Positions 56,969 to 64,000 of a stretch of 64,000 nt of DNA are shown piece by piece. The position numbers and the translations under genes were made by a program. The stretch covers positions 2,112,001 through 2,176,000 of the forward strand of contig CAWIIB010000001.1 in assembly GCA_963836075.1 (NCBI GenBank), in the 5' to 3' direction. Positions within the stretch are counted from its first letter, which is position 1. Every line of letters starts with the position of its first letter. This DNA is from an uncultured Acidobacteriota bacterium. GTDB lineage: Bacteria > Acidobacteriota > JAQAZP01. The notes beneath the pieces are model-generated. The model worked only from the letters and a program-made list of their open reading frames with translations, searched no databases and was not told where the DNA came from.

Positions 56969-57467
56969 AACTGCTGCCATCCAGCGCCACACCCTTGTGC
57001 CCGCTGCGTACGTCCCAGATCCCGGGGCCGGTATCGTACTCGTCATCGCCCCAGGCCGAGTCGTAGTTGTTGTAGTCGTCATACCTGTCGTTGTCGTAGC
57101 TGTCGTTACCCCAGCTGTCGTTGCCCCAGGTATCCTCGTCCTCTTCTTCGCGCGGCTGGTACTCGATCTCGATCCACGATTCGTTGGTTTCGGTGAAGGG
57201 GTCTCTGGGAACCTCACGCAGGTAGCCGGCCTCCACGAGGGAGTTGAGCGAGGAGGGGTACTTGCCCCGGTCGGCATTGTACTGGTTGATGCACTCGCGC
57301 ATGTGATACAGGTCCTGCTTCAGCGCGGCCTCCCTGGCCTTGGTCACCGAATGGCGGTAGACCAGCGCGGCCGTGCTGGTGAGGATGCCGATGATCGCCA
57401 TGACGATCAGCAGCTCCATCAGGGTGAACCCCTGCTGCCCCCTCTTGTTGACCAGTCTGGATATCAC
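56955..57467 (-). CDS. GspG-like pseudopilin with acidic insert
   Basis: G|FTLMELLIVMAII, AREAALKQDL..MR..I.QY.AD.GKYP.SL..LV..GYLREVPRDPFT; GTG start after GGAGG. Confidence 0.88.
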   Translation of the reverse strand: MISRLVNKRGQQGFTLMELLIVMAIIGILTSTAALVYRHSVTKAREAALKQDLYHMRECINQYNADRGKYPSSLNSLVEAGYLREVPRDPFTETNESWIEIEYQPREEEDEDTWGNDSWGNDSYDNDRYDDYNNYDSAWGDDEYDTGPGIWDVRSGHKGVALDGSSYEEW

Positions 57468-57481
57468 GGTCCGCCTCCGGA

Positions 57482-57961
57482 TCACCAATCTTTATAATAG
57501 GTGCCGTCCAGCGCCTTGCCCTCGCTCAGCGAATAGACGTCGAATACATTTTCCCGGCCCCACGAATCGGAGTCTGCCTCGTCCTGGTACGACCGCAACC
57601 CCCACTCGCCGGCAGGGTTGAACGGGTCGCGGGGCAACCTCCTGAGAAACTTGATCTTGCGATCAATCTGGCCCACCTCCTCGACCCCCTCCACCAGCAT
57701 TTCCAGTTCCAGCGGGTAGCCTTCCGAGTCGAGGTCCTCGACGATAACCCGCCCGGCATCGGTGGCGGTCTTGTATTCGTCGATGGCCCGCCGTATTTCA
57801 CGCAGCGCCGCCTTCAGTTCAATCTCCTTCTGCCGTTTGACCGCAATGCGGGTCAGCGGAATGGTGGCCGCGGCCAGGACCATGATGATCCCGACACAGA
57901 CCATCAACTCGATAAAGCTGACTCCGCGATCGCCAGGCTCCCGTCTGCTGTGCATCAACAC
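57482..57961 (-). CDS. GspG-like pseudopilin
   Basis: G|VSFIELM, KEIELK.ALREIRRAIDEYK, GYP..LE.LVEGV, FLRRLPRDP, ALDGTYYKDW. Confidence 0.88.
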   Translation of the reverse strand: MLMHSRREPGDRGVSFIELMVCVGIIMVLAAATIPLTRIAVKRQKEIELKAALREIRRAIDEYKTATDAGRVIVEDLDSEGYPLELEMLVEGVEEVGQIDRKIKFLRRLPRDPFNPAGEWGLRSYQDEADSDSWGRENVFDVYSLSEGKALDGTYYKDW

Positions 57962-57990
57962 CGCTCTCTACCACCATCCCCCCGCCGCCT

Positions 57991-60495
57991 CTACTGCACC
58001 CGTATCTGGGCCGGAGTCCAGATCGAGGGCAGGTTGCGCATCGCGGGGTCTTTTACGCTGTTGTTGGTGAAGGCCAGCACCCCGGCCCCGGGGGCCAGCG
58101 CCTTGAACTGGAAGGTGGCCAGTGTCCCGGCACCCTCAGCCCCGGCGCCCCGGCCGAAACGGGAGAGCCCCACCAGCACCCGGCCGTTGGCGGCCGTGGC
58201 CTGGAATGTGGTGCTCGTCCCGTCGGCGTTCATGAATGTTCCTTCCGCGGCACCGACGAATTCCACCAGCTGCGGGTCATAGATGATGTAGAACGGGGCG
58301 TGAGCCACGTTCCAGGCGTTCTCGATGTTCACCGCCAGCGGGAACACCGACCCGGATACCGTATCCACCGACCCGGGGACAAAGGAGACCCGCACCGGCC
58401 CGCGCGGCGGGTCGCCGCCCCCTAACCGATCGGCTTCGTCGCTCTCGCCGCCACTTCCCCGGTCACCGGAGTTCTCACCCTGGTCGTCCCCGCCGGTACG
58501 GTCGCCCCCTCTTCCACCGGCACCGCCGGCAAAGGGATCATCGTCCGGGGAAGACTCGCCGGCCCAGTCGGTTTCCTGCGCCTCCCAGCCTTCCACCGAT
58601 CCGGTCTCCAGGTCGGAAGCGGCCCCGGTGGACGAACTGTCGGGCTCGGTGGTCCCCGCGGCGCCACCGGTTTCCTCTTCCTCCTCACCCGCTTCTTCAC
58701 CGGCCTCCGCCTCTTCCTCATCATCGTGGCCGTAGAGATTGGTCATCTGGGCCTTGAACGGCTCCTTGTCCACCATGCCGAGGTAGATCGACTCCAGATC
58801 CTCCTCGATGATGTTCGGGATGCGCACGATGTGCGGGGTGATGGTGAGGATGATGTCGTCTTCCTTGTCGTCGGTCTGGTTCTTCCCCAGGATCCTCTTC
58901 AGGAAGGGGATATCGCTGATTCCGGGAACCCCGGTGTTCGACTCGGAGGACGTTTCCTTGAACAGGCCGGCCAGCAGGCTGGTCTGGCCGTCCTTGAGCC
59001 GGATCACGGTGTTGATCTCCCGGTTGCCGATGGTCGGCTGACCCGACGAGGTAACCGCGCCGATGGAACTGACTTCCACCTTCAGCTCCAGCGACACCTC
59101 GCGGTTGTGGTGCACCCGCGGGGTGACCTCGATCTGGATACCCACGTTCTGGTAGGTGTAGGAAGTGACCGGGATCACGTTGCCCGACTGGTCGGTCTGG
59201 GTGAAGTTGAAGGTGGTGGTGGGGATCGGCACCTTGTCGCCGATGTGAATCTTGGCCGTCTCCCCCTCGGCCACCCGCAGCTGCGGCCGGGCCAGGTAGC
59301 GGGTGTCGCTGTCGGTCTTGAGGAAGTTGTAGATCACGGAAGGCAGGGTCAGGACCCAGTCGGTGGAATCGAGGTAGCGCAGGTCGTTGACCGTCCCGGT
59401 CCACACCCCGTCGGTGGATCCCTGGAGCGACTGGGTGATGCTGTACTGGGTCAGCTCGATGCCCAGGGTCTGGACCCGCTGGCGGTTGACCTCCAGCAGT
59501 TCGATGCCCACCACCACCTCCGACTTGCTCTTGTCGTTGGACTCGATGATCCGGCTGGCCAGCGCCACCTTGCTCGGCGTGTCCATGATGGTGATGGCGT
59601 TCAGTTCCGGGTTGACCGCAATGGTCCGGGTCTTGGAGAGGATGGTGCGCAGCAGGGTCTGCACATCCTTGATGTCGGCACTGGAGAGGTAGAAGGTCTT
59701 GATCACCTGGTCTTCGTACTCTTTCCGCTTGGCCTGGTTGTCGGGGACGATGAGGATCGTGGTTTCGTCGATCACCTTGATGAAGTGCCCGTTGGCCAGG
59801 GAAAGAATGTTGAGGATGTCCTCGAAAGTAACCCCGGTGACGTCGATACTGAAATCCTGGTCCTGGATCTGCTTGTCGAAGATGATATTGATCCCGCCCA
59901 CTTTGCCCAGTTGCTCGTAGATGGTCCGGATCGACGTATCCTTGTAATAGAACGATATCTTTGCATCACTCATCGGGTCCAGCCGGGGCGGCTCGATGAT
60001 AACGGCATCAGCCTTCATCTGCTCGAACTCGGTCTTGTCGCCCCTCATTGACACACGCTGTTCTTCTATCTTCCTCATCACCCTGTCCAGTTCGTCGATG
60101 GCGAACTGGTTCGAAGGGTCGAACATGATGGTTTTGTTGAAGAAGATCGCCGCATCCTCGTACAGGCCGGTGTTGGCGTACTCCTGCCCGCGCGTGAAAA
60201 ACTCCTGCGAGGCGTCCAGACGTGTCCGCTCCAGGGCGATCTTGTAGCGTGGATTCCCCGGGGCCTGTTCCACGGCGTCGGTGAAAAGCTGCACCGCCGT
60301 CTCCCACTGGCCAAGCTTTACCGCCTGATTGCCCTTGTCAAAGGACTTGCGGGCCGAGCAACCCATCACCAGGAGCAGCATGACCAGCACAACCGCCAGA
60401 CCGGTGACCCGGAAGGCAGGTCCGCCTCGAGCTTTTCTGTTAAGGTTCAAGATTCCACCCTTTCCAAAACGGTTTGCCGGTTCAGGTCGGTTCAC
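57991..60495 (-). CDS. Secretin (GspD/PilQ family): lipoprotein signal, TPR, secretin core, acidic linker, C-terminal cohesin
   Basis: LLVMGC lipobox; TPR-like helices; IGDKVPI, NVGIQIEVTPRVH, LKDGQTSLLAGL, PGISDIPFL, ITPHIVR; cohesin-like YDPQLVEFV..EG.F..G.GTLATFQFKA; alternative TTG start at 60450. Confidence 0.9.
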   Translation of the reverse strand: MNRPEPANRFGKGGILNLNRKARGGPAFRVTGLAVVLVMLLLVMGCSARKSFDKGNQAVKLGQWETAVQLFTDAVEQAPGNPRYKIALERTRLDASQEFFTRGQEYANTGLYEDAAIFFNKTIMFDPSNQFAIDELDRVMRKIEEQRVSMRGDKTEFEQMKADAVIIEPPRLDPMSDAKISFYYKDTSIRTIYEQLGKVGGINIIFDKQIQDQDFSIDVTGVTFEDILNILSLANGHFIKVIDETTILIVPDNQAKRKEYEDQVIKTFYLSSADIKDVQTLLRTILSKTRTIAVNPELNAITIMDTPSKVALASRIIESNDKSKSEVVVGIELLEVNRQRVQTLGIELTQYSITQSLQGSTDGVWTGTVNDLRYLDSTDWVLTLPSVIYNFLKTDSDTRYLARPQLRVAEGETAKIHIGDKVPIPTTTFNFTQTDQSGNVIPVTSYTYQNVGIQIEVTPRVHHNREVSLELKVEVSSIGAVTSSGQPTIGNREINTVIRLKDGQTSLLAGLFKETSSESNTGVPGISDIPFLKRILGKNQTDDKEDDIILTITPHIVRIPNIIEEDLESIYLGMVDKEPFKAQMTNLYGHDDEEEAEAGEEAGEEEEETGGAAGTTEPDSSSTGAASDLETGSVEGWEAQETDWAGESSPDDDPFAGGAGGRGGDRTGGDDQGENSGDRGSGGESDEADRLGGGDPPRGPVRVSFVPGSVDTVSGSVFPLAVNIENAWNVAHAPFYIIYDPQLVEFVGAAEGTFMNADGTSTTFQATAANGRVLVGLSRFGRGAGAEGAGTLATFQFKALAPGAGVLAFTNNSVKDPAMRNLPSIWTPAQIRVQ

Positions 60496-60512
60496 CGCCG
60501 GCCCGTCTACGC

Positions 60513-61187
60513 CTACTCCTCATCCTCCTCGGACCACTCGGCGAGAATGATCCGCTCGGACTGGCCTTCGAACAACGGGTCAGTGTAGCCGATATCCACG
60601 TATTCGTATCCAATCTCCAGAATCCGAAACTGTCCGGCGATGGCTTCGCCCACGCCGCCGATATAGTTTTCCTCGGCCTCCTCATCAATGAGAAAGACCG
60701 TCTTCTCCGCCGGCGGCCCGATGAATCCCACAAACTTGAGACTCATCTCGGGCGGATCGGGGAGAACCACCAGTTTTTCCCCCGGGGTCTCCACCACTTC
60801 CGGCACCGTCTCCTCCGGCGGCTTGACCACCCCGCTGGCCGGACCGCCAAACGGGTTGTTGCCCCCCTCCGTACCACCGGAGGTGGATCTGGTATTTCGC
60901 GGCGGCCGGTTGCTGCCGAAAGCGAACAGGTTGCGGTTGTTCTCGAAGGCGTCAGGTGCCACGTCCAGCAGGGCCAGATCGATGGGCGGCACACGGAGCA
61001 GGCTGTCGACTTCCGCCCGGGCCTCCGCGGCGGTGAACCGGCTTTCCGGCCCGGTGAACCCGATCCCGCCTTCGCCGCGGAAGAAATAGAACATGGCGAT
61101 CACACCGATGACTCCAGCCAGCACCACCAGGGTGACCTCCCGCTGGTTCAGCTTCCGAATCCGGCTGATGCTCAGGTCAAACGCCAT
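60513..61187 (-). CDS. Membrane-anchored secretion accessory protein (PilP/GspC-like position)
   Basis: Single N-terminal TM, RNLFAF, LKFVGFI...GEAIAGQFRILEIGYEYV; between pilO and secretin. Confidence 0.65.
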   Translation of the reverse strand: MAFDLSISRIRKLNQREVTLVVLAGVIGVIAMFYFFRGEGGIGFTGPESRFTAAEARAEVDSLLRVPPIDLALLDVAPDAFENNRNLFAFGSNRPPRNTRSTSGGTEGGNNPFGGPASGVVKPPEETVPEVVETPGEKLVVLPDPPEMSLKFVGFIGPPAEKTVFLIDEEAEENYIGGVGEAIAGQFRILEIGYEYVDIGYTDPLFEGQSERIILAEWSEEDEE

Positions 61188-61204
61188 CCGATCGTCTCCA
61201 GGGT

Positions 61205-61831
61205 TCAGCCCCGCCGCCGCCGTTTCATCAACTTGTCCAGGCTGTCCACGGAACAGAAATAGGTGGACAGGTCGAAACTGAGCTGCAGCAGCCGGCCGGT
61301 GTCGTCAGAGGTGCGCAGCGTGATCCGGTCGATGACCAGAAAATTCTCCGAAGTCTCGATCTCGCCGATAAAGTTGCCCACGTCCTCGAACTGCCCGCGC
61401 AGGGGGAACCGGATTTTAAACTCGTAGACCCCCATGTCAACGTATTCCTGGGCCGGGTAATTCCGCTTGGTCAGATTGACGTTGAACTTTTTGGCCAGCC
61501 TCGAGATCTCGTCGCGGACGGGATTCATCCGCTCCTCCAGGGTGGAGAGGACATCGAAGTAAAAGGTGTCCAGGTTGAGCCGGGTCTGGTCCAGGGCGTC
61601 CTTGTCCCCCTGCACCGCCACCAGGCGGCGCAGGCTGATCGCCTGATCGCGCTGGATCACTTCCAGCCGCTCTTCCCTCTCGCGCAGCCCCTTCTTTCCG
61701 GGGTGGATCACCAGCCCGTAAAAGATGAGATTGACCACCAGAAAAATCAGAAATCCGGTCAGGATTTTCGGGTGGAGGTCACGGCGGTCCAGATGGTCCT
61801 CGCCATTGCCGACTTTTTTCGTTTCGTCCAT
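61205..61831 (-). CDS. pilO: PilO/GspM-like assembly protein
   Basis: TM, coiled coil, PLRGQFEDVGNFIGEIE.SENFLVID.I.L. Confidence 0.75.
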   Translation of the reverse strand: MDETKKVGNGEDHLDRRDLHPKILTGFLIFLVVNLIFYGLVIHPGKKGLREREERLEVIQRDQAISLRRLVAVQGDKDALDQTRLNLDTFYFDVLSTLEERMNPVRDEISRLAKKFNVNLTKRNYPAQEYVDMGVYEFKIRFPLRGQFEDVGNFIGEIETSENFLVIDRITLRTSDDTGRLLQLSFDLSTYFCSVDSLDKLMKRRRRG

Positions 61832-62832
61832 CAGGAACCACCTCCCGGCTGCTGTCCCGGAGGACGCACCCGGTTCCGCTTTTCCCCGGGCTTCCGGGGC
61901 GGCCTCTTGATCAGGTCGCCGGTGCTTTTCTTCTTGGTTGTTCCGGTTTCCGGGGGCGGGGCCCTCACCGGTGCCGGAGGCGTCTCAGGAGACGTCAAGC
62001 CCTCTCCTCCGAAACCGCCCGGTTCACCGAACATGTCGTCGCTGCCGGCAAAAGGATCATCCCCCCCGATGGCAAAGGGGTCGGCGACCGTATCATCGGG
62101 GGCGGACCAGGTCTCGGGGACTTCGTCGTCGGCCGCTGCGGGGTCGGGAAGCCGGGCCAGGCTGACCGCCTCGGCCAGACTGCCCGGTTCGGGCGCCGCC
62201 GCACGGCCCTGCTCCCCCTCCGGAACCAGGGCCGCCTCAATCTCGCCGGCGGGCCGCCGGTCGCCGGAGAACTCCAGCGGGGAATACTCCATGGTCAGCG
62301 GGAAGGAGATGGTGCTCCCTTCCCGGTCCTCCGAGGTGATCAGCACCCGGTCAAAATCATCAATGCCCTCGAGGTTCTCGATGAACTCGTTCACCGCTTC
62401 TTCCTTGCGGGCAATGCAGGCCAGCATGATCCGGATACTGTTCTGCTGCACCCGCGGTGTGATCGATTCGATTTTCACGTCGGCGGGGATCGCCTCCTGC
62501 AGCAGGTTGAGCATCCGGATCCAGGAAAACCTCCGCTGGCGAATCCGGCCGTCCACAAAGCTGACCACCTCGCGAAAACGCCGGTTGCGCTGGATCGCAT
62601 CGATTTCATCAGCCAGCACCGTGGCCTGACGGATGTTGTTGTCCACCTCGGACTGCAGGTCAGTGATCTCCTGTTCCATCAGCCGCACGTCGCCATGGTT
62701 GCTGAAGAACCAGAGCGCGTTGTGGGCCATCAGCAACAGGCCGGCCAGGCCGATCACCACATACCCCAGGTGGTAGATGGTGTAGTTGACAAACGGCCTG
62801 CTGGACAGGTTGATCTGCAGTTTGGTCATCAT
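61831..62832 (-). CDS. pilN: PilN-like assembly protein with long disordered C-terminal tail
   Basis: INLSSRPF, TM, coiled coil, SWIRMLNLLQEAIPADVKIESI; Pro/Gly/Asp-rich tail. Confidence 0.75.
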   Translation of the reverse strand: MMTKLQINLSSRPFVNYTIYHLGYVVIGLAGLLLMAHNALWFFSNHGDVRLMEQEITDLQSEVDNNIRQATVLADEIDAIQRNRRFREVVSFVDGRIRQRRFSWIRMLNLLQEAIPADVKIESITPRVQQNSIRIMLACIARKEEAVNEFIENLEGIDDFDRVLITSEDREGSTISFPLTMEYSPLEFSGDRRPAGEIEAALVPEGEQGRAAAPEPGSLAEAVSLARLPDPAAADDEVPETWSAPDDTVADPFAIGGDDPFAGSDDMFGEPGGFGGEGLTSPETPPAPVRAPPPETGTTKKKSTGDLIKRPPRKPGEKRNRVRPPGQQPGGGS

Positions 62833-62882
62833 GCTCCGCCGGGGGCCTCCCACCCGCCATCCGGTTCAGTTCGCTTCCGCCG

Positions 62883-63857
62883 TCATCTCCCCACAGCCGC
62901 CCCGATGGCCGGGGCCAGCCGCTGCAGCACACCCGGCTCCAGGGCCAGGCCGGTCCGTACGGGAACCTCCGCCGCCGGATCGAGCACCTCCACCGGCACC
63001 TCCATCTCGGCTTCCAGCTGGTCACGCAACCCGAGGATGTGAAACCCGGTACCGCGGACCAGTACCCGGCTCAGCCCGGACCGCTCCAACTTCTCCTGGT
63101 AGTACAGGATCGAGGTTCTGATCTCGCGCAGAGCGCGCTCGTAATCGTATTCGTCGTTCCCCGAGGACAGGCCCAGGGCCTTGGCCCGGTAGAGGATCGG
63201 CACGCCCCCGTGAAGCATCACCAGGGACAGGTCGTCGTCCTCGCAGTTGACCAGCAGGCAGTCCCCCGGCCCCCCGGACTCGTTGACGATCTTGCTCTGA
63301 AAGAGGTTGTACAGGTTATTGGTGGAGATGTCCACCAGACCGGGGTTCAGCCCCGCGCCGCTGAAACAGCGCTCGTATTGCCGCAGCACGGGGGTGCGCA
63401 CAATGGTCACCAGGACGCGGATCACGTGATCGTCATCGGCGCTGCCTGCGGGGCGGCCGAACCGGTGGTAGCTCACCCGCCCCTCCTCGATGGGGAAAGG
63501 AGTGACCTTCTTCAACTGCCAGGTAATCAGGCGGCCCATCTCCTTGCGGTTCCGTGGGGCCGATTCCATTTCCAGGACCGAGACCTTGGTGGTGCTGTCC
63601 GCCAGGACCACCGACACCCGGTTCGATTTTCTATCCCCGGCCCTCACCGCCGACCGGCGAATCATTTCGGTGAGATAGGATTCCCGGACCACGTTTTCCT
63701 CGACCATGGAGATGGAGATCTCGCCCTCGTCCAGCGGGGTGACGGAGAAGTCCTCCAGGCGCAGCTCGTTCTTCTCCCGGGCCAGGCGGACCATGGTCAG
63801 CGTGGTACTGGAAACCTCGAAGGAGACCAGCGGGTATTCCGGTTTAAAAAAACGCAT
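62883..63857 (-). CDS. pilM: PilM-like cytoplasmic assembly protein
   Basis: Actin-like PilM features (TPFPIEE, RQYE..F..AGL.PGLVD, EIRTSILYYQE, LAPAIGAA); first of pilMNO. Confidence 0.75.
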   Translation of the reverse strand: MRFFKPEYPLVSFEVSSTTLTMVRLAREKNELRLEDFSVTPLDEGEISISMVEENVVRESYLTEMIRRSAVRAGDRKSNRVSVVLADSTTKVSVLEMESAPRNRKEMGRLITWQLKKVTPFPIEEGRVSYHRFGRPAGSADDDHVIRVLVTIVRTPVLRQYERCFSGAGLNPGLVDISTNNLYNLFQSKIVNESGGPGDCLLVNCEDDDLSLVMLHGGVPILYRAKALGLSSGNDEYDYERALREIRTSILYYQEKLERSGLSRVLVRGTGFHILGLRDQLEAEMEVPVEVLDPAAEVPVRTGLALEPGVLQRLAPAIGAAVGR

Positions 63858-63868
63858 GGCTGCGGTCC

Positions 63869-64000
63869 TCAATCGATAAAGGTGACCTTGTTGATCTCGC
63901 GGAGCGTGGTGTCACCCTGGAGCACTTTGGCCACCGCCGCCCGCCGGAGAGTCACCATGCCTTCGCGGATGGCCTGGCGGTTGATCTCCGCCGCGGCCTT
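63869..64000 (-). CDS. GspE/PilB family ATPase, C-terminal end (partial)
   Basis: Manual translation: KAAAEINRQAIREGMVTLRRAAVAKVLQGDTTLREINKVTFID*. Confidence 0.85.
   Translation of the reverse strand, partial: KAAAEINRQAIREGMVTLRRAAVAKVLQGDTTLREINKVTFID

Overview
GC-rich bacterial chromosome segment, probably Acidobacteriota (inferred from the 16S motif ...TAATACGGGGGGGGC... and gene content). In order: a fetAB-like ABC pair; a surface-polysaccharide locus (GT4/GT2 glycosyltransferases, rfbA/rfbC/rfbB, a priming sugar transferase, an AlkP-type lipoprotein and a ComEC-like MBL protein); udk and DUF1848; yebC-ruvCAB-queA; large secreted modular proteins, two sharing a 5x FG-GAP tail; Kef and AbgT transporters; a hipBA module; a complete rRNA operon (16S-tRNA-Ile-tRNA-Ala-23S-5S, minus strand); a gspE remnant; a dockerin-bearing beta-helix protein; a dut-yycJ-purSQLFMN-tyrS cluster; and a T2SS/T4P-like operon (ATPase, PilM/N/O, a PilP/GspC-like protein, a TPR-secretin-cohesin fusion, three pilins). 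The main hypothesis is a secretion/surface-display system: the secretin carries a cohesin, a nearby secreted protein carries a dockerin, other secreted proteins carry interchangeable C-terminal modules, and several machine subunits share disordered inserts with a recurring D/N-P-F-[AG] motif. Four +1 single-base frameshifts look like long-read assembly errors. All assignments come from motif recognition by eye; no searches were run.
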